Assembly (NCBI RefSeq): GCF_009914755.1
Contig: NC_060937.1
From: the human T2T-CHM13v2.0 reference genome, Homo sapiens
Direction: 5' to 3' (one strand)
Length of the DNA stretch: 64,000 nt
The notes under the pieces are model-generated. The model made no database searches and was not told the origin of the DNA. It worked only from the letters and a program-made list of their open reading frames with translations. Both the position numbers and the translations under genes were made by a program. Below, piece by piece: positions 45,478-61,900 of the stretch. Numbering within the stretch: position 1 is the stretch's first letter; every line of letters starts with the position of its first letter.

Positions 45478-45660
45478 CCATTGAGTTCTTAGCATGGGCC
45501 AGACACTGTGCTCTATATTTTGCTATGTATTAAATATAGTGCCTTTGATGAGGCAAGTATGATTATCCTCATTTTACATACAGTATACTAGGCTCCTGAA
45601 TGCTATTTTAAGGTATCAAAGTAATGAGACTCAGAGCCAGCATTTAAACTCAAGGGCTTG
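45478..45660 (-). mobile_element. MIR
   Basis: GCCAGACACTGTGCT...ATTATCCTCATTTTACA...CAGAGCCAGCATTTAAACTCA. Confidence 0.65.
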
Positions 45661-47009
45661 AAAAGATATGCTGTATTGAGGCCTGAGCTTGTGCAGATTC
45701 GGGTTAACCTGAACTTTCTCTACACGGTTAAGTTCAAGTAATACAGATATGTATCATATACCTTGATCTCTCAATTCTCACAACAAATGAACAAGATATT
45801 TTTACAATGATATTATATTCTGTATAGTTTCTTAAAGAACTACAAATTTCAGTTGACATGCCTACCATACTATCGTTTACACATCTTTTATGATAATAAA
45901 GATAGAAACAATTCAATTTATATATCATGCCACAATTCACACAATTTGTAAAACTATTCTCACACATCTAATATATCACAATAAAATGAAACTTAATGGA
46001 GTGTTATGTGATGATGGCAGTGTAACCCGTTCAAGGCCTCTGGTTCAAGTCACCAATTCCAGTATGTTAATACGATATGGAGAGAGTCAACTAGAATGCT
46101 GTTATTTGTCTTTCTTTACTCTAGATAAAACAAGAGCCTGGCACCCAGCATGGGTCATTTCCAGCACAAGTATCATAACATGACTTAGAGCACACCTGTC
46201 TCACAGAGATCCCTGGTCCGAGAAAGGAAGATAAGTAGAAACATGAAGGGTAAGACAAGTCTCCCTGAGCCTCAAAAATCAGAATGAATGGCCTCAGCCC
46301 ATCCCAAACCAAGATGAGGAGAAATTCAGGAGACTGGTGAGTAAAGAGACCTTCTCCATGTACTGTCATAAAGAACTGAAAAACTTCCTGCTGCAATACT
46401 TTACAAATACATCTTAGACTGTGTCTGGACTTTTTTCCGAGGACACCTAGCAGGCAATCCTGAACTCTTGTGAGTTTACATTCACAAGAATAGACTCCTG
46501 ATCTTCAGAGTTCGGAGAATTTAAACATTTAAAAAATTCTTATTAAAAATAGATACAATAAAAGATAAAATATGATAAATATTTTAAATAAATAATATAA
46601 TTTGGTTTTAAAAAATTGTAATTATCAAGAGCTGGAAGGTCTGGTAGCAAAAATGGAAATAAAAGCCACTGTTGTAAAATAAGCAGGATTGGCCATGATT
46701 TAATCTAGGGGGTCTGAAGTTGTAAATATGAATAATAAAGGAGTAATATAACATTACTCACAAGCAATATGTTAAAATATCAATCGTCATACTGTATACA
46801 CATCGTTTATAAGGGGAAGATTCAAAATATAAAGCCATAGAATTTTAAAAGCATTGAAAAAACTGAGGCAAACACTAATAAAAAGCTAATGATATAATAA
46901 CAGATATATATTCACACACACAAGACATATGTGTGTATGTGTATATATACATATATATTCATTAGGCATATATGTATCAATGTATGTGTATATACATAAA
47001 TTAGTCTGG

Positions 47010-47430
47010 AAACAAGGAGAGCTGGCAGTGAAGTGGAACAGTAGGCATTCTCCTATGTTGCTGGTTGGTATGTATTTTGATAACACTACTTTAGAGAGAA
47101 ATTTGCCTGATGATATCTAGTAAAGATTTTATGTACGAGTTCTGTAATCCAACAACTGCCCTTCTAGATATAATGCACTGGAGAAACTCTCATAGATGCA
47201 TTCAAAGAAATGTATGGAAAATGTTCATTACAAAACTGTATTATCAAAACATTTGAAGCAGTCTACATTTGTAGGATATTGTGGTGATGCCTGGTGAAAG
47301 CATTAAAATTGCTGAAAGTAGAATTATATGCATAAACGTGTATACATCTCAACTTCCAAAAATAAAGTTGACAATGATATGTGTACATTATAATACACAC
47401 ACTAATGCAAGAACACAACAGCACACATGT
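47010..47430 (+). mobile_element. L1ME ORF2-end/3'UTR fragment
   Basis: ATGTTGCTGGTTGG...CACTACTTTAGAGAG...CTTCTAGATATA...AATGTTCATTACA. Confidence 0.55.
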
Positions 47431-47590
47431 ATATGATGAAAAAACAGGCAAAATTAGACCAAGTACTGTTTGTGGGTAACTAGTTATTTAATAAAATGAT
47501 CTAATGATGTATGCAAATGATAAAAAACAAATTTAGGAGTGCTGTTACCTATGCTTTGGGTCAAGAGATGACGGGGTTGAGACTAGGAAC

Positions 47591-47907
47591 TGTAGGGAAA
47601 ATGGCTGTGTTTCGGTGAGGAGTAGGCTGAGTCAAACATCCAGTACACCATGACACAGCGGATTTGGAGTGCAGGCGCACAACCCCGTGCATTATGTAGC
47701 CATTTAATGTAACCTGTTTGTGTGAGCTCATACCTGGCTTTGGGCCACTATTGTCTGTGAGTAATATAGCTGCACTGCTGACTCTGTAGAGTGGGGATAG
47801 AAGAAGAGAGCCATGTCCCACCTGCCTATAGTCCCTTGAGTGATCTTTCAGCAACCCACCACCTGTCCACCAAATCCCCTTGGACCCACTTGGTTTGGGA
47901 CCTGACA
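47591..47907 (+). mobile_element. LTR18-family ERVL solo LTR
   Basis: TGTAGGGAAAATGGCTGTG...GCAGGCGCACA...GCCACTATTGT...GGACCTGACA; 5-bp TSD GGAAC at 47586-47590 and 47908-47912. Confidence 0.85.
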
Positions 47908-47991
47908 GGAACAAATATTACATGCTACATTAATTTTACCTAATATGTTTATTTCTTTAAAGAAAAATCAAGATCAGAAAATAACATGACC

Positions 47992-48018
47992 AAAAAAAAA
48001 AAAAAAAAAAAAAAAAAA
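47992..48018 (+). repeat. Poly(A)27 tract
   Basis: 27 consecutive A. Confidence 0.95.
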
Positions 48019-48199
48019 GAAAACAACAGAAGAGAATCCTGCAATCAAAGACAAGAATCAGGATAATTAGCCTCCTCCAGGTGATAACTTGAATAAATAA
48101 ATTAAAAACACTCATAAGTTTTAAGTACAGCATGTTCATAAAGTTTCACTAAAATGTTTTTTAAAAATGTGTCTCCATTCTGCAAGGAAAATAGTATCT

Positions 48200-49000
48200 A
48201 ACAAGACTCAAATTAGCAGACTGAAAAAACAAGTGGTAAAAATATTTAAATTCACAGAAAAAGAGAAAAAATATAAGAACCATGAGGCTTGAAAAAGTAG
48301 GTGATAAACTCAATGACTTAGCATGCACATGATAACAATTATATCAGGAGACAAGAAAACAGATAAAAGGAGAGAGATATGTTAAGGAAATAACAGATGA
48401 AATTCCTCAGAGCTCATAAAATACCTAAGTCTGTGTGTTGAAGTGGTCATCTAATTCCAGACAGGACTAATGAGAGAAAATACAAATCTTGGCAGATCCT
48501 AGAAAAATTCCTGACATTAAAAAAAAAATTTAAGTAAAAATTTCCTGTTCCTAATGGCACATCAGATGCAAGTGAACTCTCAAACATTTCTAGTGGATAG
48601 GTGAATTACTGCTGCATTTCTGGAAAGCAATCTGTTAACGTCGCTTAAAATAAGACGCACATCCCCATCCTTCTTCCCTGTAGTCCTATCCGTGGGAATC
48701 TATCACAAAGAACTTCAAAAAATACAAATGGCTGAGAATATAATTATGTTTATCACTTTATCACAGCACTATATCTGTGGTATTCCAGTAAATCCATTGA
48801 TAAAGAAATTATCAGAAAATAATGGTACATCAACACATTCGGATATTATGAAACTAATAGAAAAGTAGTATAAAATATACCAGTTGACTTCAAGGGTTAT
48901 TCATGAGATATTAACTTAGAAAAAAATTATATAAAAACAATTTTGTATATTGTATAGTATTTTTAAAAGGCAAGTAACACTAAATTCGTATGTGTATATT
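48200..49000 (+). mobile_element. Old L1M/L1ME fragments
   Basis: ORF1-like AAGGAAATAACAGATGAAATTCC, then TTTCTGGAAAGCAATCTG and AATGGTACATC 3' motifs. Confidence 0.45.
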
Positions 49001-49751
49001 AATATATCTGTTCCTGTGTTTATAGATATTACAAAAATATATGCATACAAAATACTCATATGAGAGAGCATAAACAAAAGTGAAGGATGGTACACTTAAG
49101 CTGCTAATGTTGGTTGTGAGTTGTAATGCAATTTTAAAAGAACAGGAAAGGTTGAATGAATTGTGATGACAGAAGAAAAGAGATGCTTCTTGGAAAGGAA
49201 GCATGCATAGTATAATACCTTTGGTATACATTTTCATACATGTGTATAGATCAAGAAATAGTATGTAAATATATAAATGATAGTTAATATTTATAGAGAT
49301 ATATGTCTAAATAGAATAATCTGATAAAAATAAATTTAGATCTAAATCTATGAACTTTTAAGGGTAACAATGTTAGGTGACGTAAGCAGATTGCATATTT
49401 TTTTTTTTAGCAAAACAGAAACAAATAATCTATGAGAGTCAGAGTTGTATTTATTTGCATTGGCAAGGATATGCTCAATGATATAAATGTGTGTTACCTC
49501 TAGACCAACATAAAGTGGGTCAGAAATGATTAGTTAGCTCTGCCAGTATTCATTCTGTTACTTGATTTTTAAGTACTGAAACGATAGTTTATAAAGTTTT
49601 TAACTTGAAAATCCTTATATTAAAAAAACTAAAATTACTCAAAAAATTTTTAAAGAGTTTAAACTTAAATGTTATCCAATTCCACTGTAAAAAATGAGTT
49701 TATACTTAACTTGATAAAAATATAGCCATTGTATTACAGGTGAAAAATCCT

Positions 49752-50025
49752 GAGAGGCACTATGGCACAATGATTCTGGTTCAAGTTGTAGAATCAGAGG
49801 GGCTGAGATTAAATCAAATTTTTGTCACACACTACCTGTCTCTGGTCCATACTATCTTGGTAATCTTTCAAAACTATCCAATTGCTTTGTGGACCACTTT
49901 CCTTCTGTGTAGAATGAGAATAATAAGATGAAACATGAGGATAATAATAGATGACTAATATAAGATACATGAAACTCTCAAGCAGACTGACACACATTAA
50001 ATGCCAAATGCAGGTTTGTTATTAT
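49752..50025 (+). mobile_element. MIR (diverged)
   Basis: TTTCCTTCTGTGTAGAATGAGAATAATAA core. Confidence 0.5.
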
Positions 50026-50275
50026 AATTAAGAATAAATCTGCAGTAAAAATAAGGAAGAGGGACAACTAACAGTGGCTCAGTGCACATGACATGTGTAT
50101 TACAAACTTCAGCAGACTCACAAACATTCTCTATGATGTGTTCATTAGCAAAAGTGTTTTGGCAACTCAAATATATGTGTCCTTAGGATCATTTCATAAG
50201 AAAAATATTCAGATAGGCTAAGTGACTTACCATTGTCACTCAGATTGTCTGTCTCCAAATATGGATTTCCAATTT

Positions 50276-50352
50276 TTGGTCTAATGATCACACACCTCAG
50301 ACATTTTTTAAATCATTGGTTCAGTGATCACACACCTGAGACATTTTTTAAA
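50276..50352. repeat. 40-bp tandem duplication
   Basis: TTGGT....TGATCACACACCT(C/G)AGACATTTTTTAAA occurs twice, period 40. Confidence 0.9.
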
Positions 50353-51579
50353 AGCCACATTACAGATGTTTATGAATATACATTAGGATGTGTCTTTTGC
50401 ATGTTTGAATAAGGCAGTTTGAACATATTTGGCCCTTGATTTCAAAAATGTGTAATATTGTTATTTATTGATTACATGTTTACATATAGTTTACCCTTTG
50501 CTTACAGTAGGCAAATGTCAATTTCAAATTGTTCCATTATTACTAATATTTTATTACTTTTTAGTTATAATCTTCAAATATACAAATTATCTTCAAATAT
50601 TGGTTGTAACAGTAACCAGGGCTTGTCAATGCAGTTAAGTATTGGGAAAAGTAAATATACATCTGGCTGTGCTCATGGTGGCATCTTATCTAGACAGAGA
50701 CAAACAGAGCTGATTTAACATTTAATCCTGTGTAAATCTACTTTGGTTATACAGAAGTAGTCAAGGTCATGTCCCTTGCCCTCAGCTAGCATTGACTTCC
50801 AAGATTGCTCTCATTCTCTTGCCTCTTAATTCCTATTGCCCTTAAGGCTCTGATATGGCATGTTACAATTTAATTATGAACAGTCTTCTCATTTTTATAA
50901 TTATATACAAAGTATTTTACCTTCTCAATTACATAGTAAAGTCATTGAAATCAGGAATCATTCCTTTTACTTCCTTTATATCTCTCAAGTTTAGAACTGC
51001 TTAGAACTGCATTGATTATAACATAATTAAATAGATTTTATTATATGACTTAAAGGAAATAAATCATCCTTCAACAGCATATATCATTAAAATCAAAACA
51101 AGTATTGCTATTGCTGCTATATGTATCCGATGTTCCATCTCTTTCGTATTTAGACAAAAAACACTAAATATTTGGGAAATAATTCTAAAATGTTTTAATA
51201 AAATTAGGTTAACATAAAGATATTGGAAAAATTTTAAGCTCACCATATGCCCCAGTTTCAAAAATACTAGGCCAAAAATAAGAGTTATTCTTAGACTTAT
51301 AATTAAATACTTATGTACTTTGGGGATATGTTACAGTTTTCTATTAGGTTCAGTCATTTTTTGAACAAACTATTTTGACAAAGAAAGACTACTGCGCTGC
51401 CACCTCTCTCTTCTCTTCATTATTCCATCAAGTGAGGCAGAATTAAGTTCAAAGTTAGCAGGAACCAGTTGAAACTGACTTTATCACGAATATCGGTGCT
51501 AGCATTATGATGCCATAGTTTACAAATCTTGTTTAGTTTCTAAACTGACTTTTCAGAAAACTTCTGTTATATGTGCAAG

Positions 51580-51770
51580 AATAGAAAGCACACAGAATCT
51601 GGATTCCCATGTCCAGGTTTGGCACTTCTGCTTTGTCACTTACTAACTGTGCAGATTTGGGTACTCAGTCTTTTTGATGCTGTTTCTTGTCATCTGTAAA
51701 ATGGGTACAAGAAACAAATAATCCAAAGTTCCTGAAAGCATCAAATGAACTAGTTTATGTTTGAAACATT
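51580..51770 (+). mobile_element. MIR
   Basis: CACTTACTAACTGTG...TCATCTGTAAAATGGG. Confidence 0.7.
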
Positions 51771-52900
51771 TTTAAATTTTCAAATGACAAACATATCAGG
51801 CATTCTTGTCATTTGTTTCTGTTCCCCCAAAATATGTAGATGAGTGACTAAGAAAAACCAAAAGTTGGCTGGAAAACTGTTAGTATTTAATAAATTGCTT
51901 ATGTCCATGTTGAGAAAAATGTAAATGAATTAATAATATAATACGAAGATTCTGGTATATTAGTTACATGCAGTTTATTTTCTAAAGCCAAATACAACAT
52001 ACACATATATTTAAAGTTTTCAAATATATAAATGTTTTAATCTTACAAGCAATAATTTAATTACATTTTATTCTAGAGTTCTCAGTATTTATGTATAGAT
52101 ACCTATCTGAATTCCTTTCAATTAGCATTAAAATGTAGTTTAAACTTTCAGTTTTTCATTGAGGAGCTGCAAATTGTCTACTTATTTTTCGACATAGTAT
52201 TATTTTACAAGAAAAAGGCATCTTAAGATATCAGTTAATCCAACTTTCTGCTACTCTCTCACTGCCACTGGAAATCCTACATGTATATCAGCAGAGACAG
52301 TATTTGAGTGGCAAAATTTCTTGTTCTTGTTCTAAAGATGCACACATATTACTTAATTAAACATGAGACTGAAAATTATTCACCATCAAATTCCTTATTA
52401 TTTATGAATCAAATCTTAGTACTACTATTGTGGCCGCTGTTATCACTACTTTTACTACTGTTAGGTTGAACTCTTCTTGGTTAAATATAGTACAATAATG
52501 GTAATTCAATGAACATTCACTCTTAATCTTGAAAGTGAATATAGTATAGAAATAGCTTACAAATTTTTATTTGCCATTTTAAAAATAATTCATATGTATT
52601 AAATGAATTCTATTCCTATCCATCTACTAGATCTCACTGTCTAGAATATCCTCAAGTAATATTCTCTTCTGTCTCTATAGAAACAGTCTTTCTGTCTCTA
52701 ACACATCATCAAAGGAGAATACTTGTTACTTCTCTCTTCAAAATTATTGTTCTCTTGAGCCCATCCCCCTATACTTATTGATAACTTCTTCTGCTATCCT
52801 TTAAAACAAAATGGAAAATCGGGTCACTCCCACCCTAATACTGCGCTTTTCCAACGGGCTTAAAAATCGGCACACCAGAAGATTATATCCCGCACATGGC

Positions 52901-52999
52901 TCAGAGGGTCCTATGCCCAGAGTCTCGCTCATTGCTAGCACGGCAGTCCCAGATCAAACTGCAAGGCAGCAGCGAGGCTGGGGGAGGGGTGACTGCCAT
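52901..52999 (-). pseudogene. ORF0: L1 antisense ORF0, frameshifted (32 aa)
   Basis: MAVTPPPASLLPCSLIWDCRASNERDS matches the ORF0 N-terminus; frameshift then TGA. Confidence 0.75.
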
Positions 53000-53581
53000 T
53001 GCCGAGTTAGTTGTTTGATTAGGCAAACAAAGCTGCCCGGAAGCTCGAACTGGGTGGAGCCCACCATAGCTCAAGGAGGCCTGCCTGCCTCTGTAGGCTC
53101 CACCTCTGGGGGCAGGGCACAGACAAACAAAAAGACAGCAGTAACCTCTGCAGACTTAAATGTCCCTCTCTGACAGCTTTGAAGAGAGTAGTGGTTCTTC
53201 CAGCACGCAGCTTGAGATCTGAGAACAGGCAGACTGCCTCCTCAAGTGGGTCCCTGACCCCCAACTAGCCTAACTGGGAGGCACCCCCGAGTAGGGGCAG
53301 ACTGACACCTCACACAGCTGGGTACTCCTCTGAGACAAAACTTCCAGAGAAACCATCAGGTAGCAGCATCTGTGGTTCACCAATATCTGCTGTTCTGCAG
53401 CCACCGCTGCTGATACCCAGGCAAACAGGGTCTGAAGTGTACCTCTAGCAAACTCCAACAGACCTGCAGCTGAGGGTCCTGTCTGTTAAAAGGAAAATCA
53501 ACAAACAGAAAGGACATCCACACCAAAAACCCATCTGTATGTCACCATCATCAAAGACCAAAAGTAGATAAAACCACAAAG

Positions 53582-54597
53582 ATGGGAAAAAACAGAGCAG
53601 AAAAACTGGAAACTCTAAAAATCAGAGTGCCTCTCCTCCTCCAAAGGAATGCAGCTCCTCACTAGCAACGGAACAAAGCTGGACAGAGAATGACTTTGAC
53701 AAGTTGAGAGAAGAAGGCTTCAGACGATCAAACTACTCTGAGCTACAGGAGGAAATTCGAACCAATGGCAAAGAAGTTAAAAGCTTTGAAAAAAAATTAG
53801 ACGAACGGATAACTAGAATAACCAAAGCAGAGAAGTCCTCAAAGGACCTGATGGAGCTGAAAACCAAGGCACGAGAGCTACGTGAAGACTGCAGAAGCCT
53901 CAGTAGCCAACGCCATCAACTGGAAGACAGGGTATCAGTGATGGAAGATGAAATGAATGAAATGAAGCGAGAAGAGAAGTTTAGAGAACAAAGAATAAAA
54001 AGAAATGAACAAAACCTCCAAGAAATATGGGACTATGTGAAAAGACCAAATCTACGTCTGATTGGTGTACCTGAAAGTGACGGGGAGAATGGAACCAAGT
54101 TGGAAAACACTCTGCAGGATATTATCCAGGAGAATTTCCCCATTCTAGTAAGGCAGGCCAACATTCAAATTCAGGAAATACAGAGAACGCCACAGAGATA
54201 CTCCTCGAGAAGAGCAACTCCAAGACACATAATTATCAGATTCACCAAAGTTGAAATGAAGGAAAAAATGTTAAGGGCAGCCAGAGAGAAAGGTCGGGTT
54301 ACTCACAAAGGGAAGCCCATCAGACTAACAGCTGATCTCTTAGCAGAAACTCTACAAGCCAGAAGAGAGTGGGGACCAATATTCAACATTCTTGAAGAAA
54401 AGAATTTTCAACCCAGAATCTCATATCCAGCCGAACTAAGCTTCATAAGTGAAGGAGAAATAAAATACTTTACAGACAAGCAAATGCTGAGAGATTTTGT
54501 CACCACCAGTCCTGCCCTAAAAGAGCTCCTGAAGGAAGCACTAAACATGGAAAGGAACAACTGGTACCAGCCACTGCAAAAACATGCCAAATTGTAA
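53582..54597 (+). pseudogene. ORF1: L1 ORF1p, 1-bp deletion just after the ATG
   Basis: ATGGGAAAAAACAG lacks one base; frame 53593-54597 is otherwise open (RPNLRLIGVPE, REKGRVTHKGKPIRL). Confidence 0.92.
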
Positions 54598-54660
54598 AGA
54601 CCATCAAGGCTAGGAAGAAACTGCATCAACTAACGAGCAAAATAACCAGCTAACGTCATA

Positions 54661-58504
<3,844 letters not shown>

Positions 58505-60204
58505 ACAATGAGAACACATGGACACAGGAAGGGGAACATCACACACCGGGGATTGTTGTGGCGTGGGGGGAGGGGAGAGGGATAGCATTAGGAGATATAC
58601 CTAATGCTAAATGATGAGTTAATGGGTGCAGCACACCAACATGGCACATGTATACCTATGTAACAAACCTGCATGTTGTGCACATGTACCCTAAAATTTA
58701 AAGTATAATAATAAAATTTAAAAAAGAAATAAATTCTATATTTTCCTTAAATACATAAAAACATATGCCTATGATTGTTATGTTGCCAGGGACTTCTCAA
58801 ACAGGTATTTTTTCTCTAGAGGGTAGACAGGGTGATTATCGGTCAGCTCATTAGGAGATGTAAGGAAAAATCTGATTCCCATATGAGTTTTGATTTTGGC
58901 TTCTTGTGAGGCTTAAAAGACAAAGAAAAAAAACAGTATTCTCCTAAGACTGACATTCTTTCTCTAGTTAACTAGTACTGGTTTTTGTTTCTCTTTTTTC
59001 TGTTTTCTTTTTCAAAAGTCAGTAAGAAATTCTCATTCTCTTAATAGTGAAATAAGAAAAATGCTGAAGTACATCAACTAAAATAAATTTGATTAGAAGT
59101 AATTTATTAATGACTATTATGATATGCTAATTGTATTATAAACAGATCATGAATATTTCATTGACCCATAGCCTCTGTGTTTAATACATTTGTATTTATT
59201 TTAATTACCTGTACTCCTTTTATGACCTTTTGCTTTATCTCTGTTGCAAAAATCTTGGAATGACCCACATATTCTCATTCTAGACACCCAAAATAAATAA
59301 AATCCCTTTCATCACAGATATAATAAAATATTTAGACATTTTAGTTTTTTTATAAGATGTTGCTGAATTTGAGAGAGATGAGAAAACCTTTCAAACTATA
59401 TTTATTTAAAGATCTTTGTCCCTTTGAATGTTTTGGTAGAAATGCAACCAAGGATTCTTACAATTAGAAGAGATGTGTGAACTGCATTGCTCACAATATC
59501 CTAACCATCTTTTATTTTCATGCACAAGACATCTCAGGGAGATTAAAAATAAAAGTATGTTTTAACTCTTAAAAAGTTTAAACATAATCATAAAACTCTC
59601 AATCTGTGTGTATTTTTATGGCAGTTTTTATTGCAACTCTTTTTCTTACTCTTGCATTTTTCCAAATTTCTTGGCCACCTTCTAAAAGGTAGTAGATTCT
59701 GAGCTTCCTTGTCCTAGGGAGACTTTTTTTTGCCAGGAAGTATGTCATACAGTGTTGAAAAGAATATGTGAGAAAAATACAAAAAAGAGTATTTCTAGAT
59801 TAGGCAGACTGCTTTGAGGGGAGAAAGGTTGCCTCTCACAGTTTAAAAGAAATTCGTCTGGGTTAGGGTGCTGAGAGGAAAAAACAAGATGTCTCTGAGT
59901 CAACAAAGGAGAGGGCAGCAGTATTCTGATACCATGTATTATGGCCTGAAAGTAACTAGACAAAGTTGCAGTGTAGATTGGCTGCTTAGTGAACTGCACA
60001 ATAAAGAAAGAACCACACAGCTTCCAGGCATGAATGGAGTATGGGGACTTGGGCATTGTGTGAATAAGCTATATGCATGAATGGATAACCAAGAACCGAA
60101 TCTAACACCTACCCATCATTCGCAGCCCACATGGTTTAAAGCCTCGTAAAATCCTAAAACTCAAACCCGATTTTAAAGAAGCAGCAAGAACATAGAAAGA
60201 ACTG

Positions 60205-61900
60205 ATATCATTACAATGCTCCAATCCATGAATGTGGTATAACCTTTCCTTTATTTAAAGTTTCTAAATTTTATCTTAATAATTTTCCCTGTGTAGCAGA
60301 AATAAACACATTTTTTTCAGACTTATTCCAAAGTATTTGATGGTTTAGTTATATGTTTTTTAAGTTTTAATTTTTGTATTGTAACTTTGTATCCAGCAAC
60401 TTTACTAAATTCATGTATTAATTCTTATAGTGAGATTGTAGATCATTTTGGATTTTTATGCACAAACTCATGAACATTGTGAATATTGATGTTTTATTTA
60501 TTTAGGTTTAATATTTCTATATAGCTCAGGGACTAATGAAGATACAGAACCTGCACCACTTATTTGAACAAAGAAAAGTTAACACATTTTAATTACATAT
60601 AAATTTGTTACATAGGTAACTGAAAAGGTAAGAAAAGAAAACTAAGATATTATACAGGTAGCAAATGAGAAGCAGCAGCTACCCTCTCCCTACTGCAAAG
60701 TGAAGAGGTGGAATTTATAAAACTTAGAAGACAGGCTGCATTGAACTGTTTCTACACAGTGGGCACAGCTCAGCTGGTTCTAGTATCTCTAAGTTCATAG
60801 GAGTGCTCTGTGGGGCTGGGATCGATCTAAATATCTGAAAAGCAGAACTTGCTGCATTTGCTGCTGATGTCTCTCTAATGTGGGGCACAATTAGTCTGGG
60901 ACTTAAAGTTGTAAATGAGTTGCATACCGGAATCAGTAATAAACTGTTGCTCCTGGAATGAGAATCATTTACAGTCTGATACTTAGAGTAAGAAAAGTAG
61001 TCAGAAAGCTTATAGAAAGCAACTGAATGTAAGTTCCGGCATCTTCCTCCAGTTTTGCATTGCAGGTCCTCTTACTGGCACAACCTATAGGAAGCTGGCT
61101 GGCAAGTTAGAAATGTGGTTTTCCTACTCCCAAACCCAAAATCACAAAATGAAGTATAGATAAAGGTTTAGTACTTAAAGGAAAAAAAAAGAAAAGCTTA
61201 ATAACTAGCAGATTTACATCTTTTTCTTATCCTGTTGCACCAATTACAAATTTCAGCACAATATTGAATACAAAAGATCATTGCCAATTTGTTCCTGAAT
61301 TGAGTGGCATATTTTTCACTATTTCACAACATTTTTGGCAGTTGAAGAACATTTTATTGCATGGTTGTACCTTTATATTCAGAGCTGCTTACTACAAATC
61401 AATAGTAAAAAACCCAAATTTTACACATTTTTATACTTGAAAAAATTTTTAAACAGTGCAATTTTTCCTCCTTTTTGTCTTGATAGTCTCTTCAGTATTT
61501 TGTCAATTGTGTTCCTTCCTAAGACCCAATTATGATTTTCTGGATTCTATTTAACGTCTGCAATCTATTATTTAATTCTTGCCTCTATTATCAACATTTA
61601 TTTGTTTTTGAGTTTAATTTTTCATTTTTGTGATTTTGAGATGTACACTCCGATTATTGTCTTTTTCAACCATGCTAATGTTCTATCATGTTTTTAAAGC
61701 TATAGCTTGTCTTCTAAACACTCCCTTATTAGAATTCCATGAATTTTGATAGACCATATGTTGACTATCACTTAGTCCAAACTATTTTCCAGTTTCCATT
61801 GTAATTACTTATTTAAAAAATGTTTAGCAATATTAAATATTTTTTAATGTTTATCATAAGTTTTTATTATCTATTTTTACCTTAATTCCTCTCAGTTAAT
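60205..61900 (-). mobile_element. Old L1M ORF2 fragments split by an LTR
   Basis: TTTGTATCCAGCAACTTTACTAAATTC on the left; TTTCAGCACAATATTGAATA on the right. Confidence 0.6.
60520..61212 (-). mobile_element. LTR33/LTR41-family ERVL LTR
   Basis: GGAAGCTGGCTGGCAAGTTAGAAATGTGGTTT...ATCACAAAATGAAGTATAG, reverse-complementary in style to the 17.2-kb LTR. Confidence 0.6.

Noticed and set aside
50276-50352. Direct repeats resembling a CRISPR unit
   Set aside because: Only two adjacent copies, no spacers, primate context, no cas genes
50991-51010. TTAGAACTGC duplicated twice
   Set aside because: Trivial 10-bp slippage duplication in an old repeat remnant
59745-60080. Overlapping 103-aa and 70-aa ORFs in unique sequence
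   Set aside because: No recognisable domain or splice structure; lengths are within chance expectation
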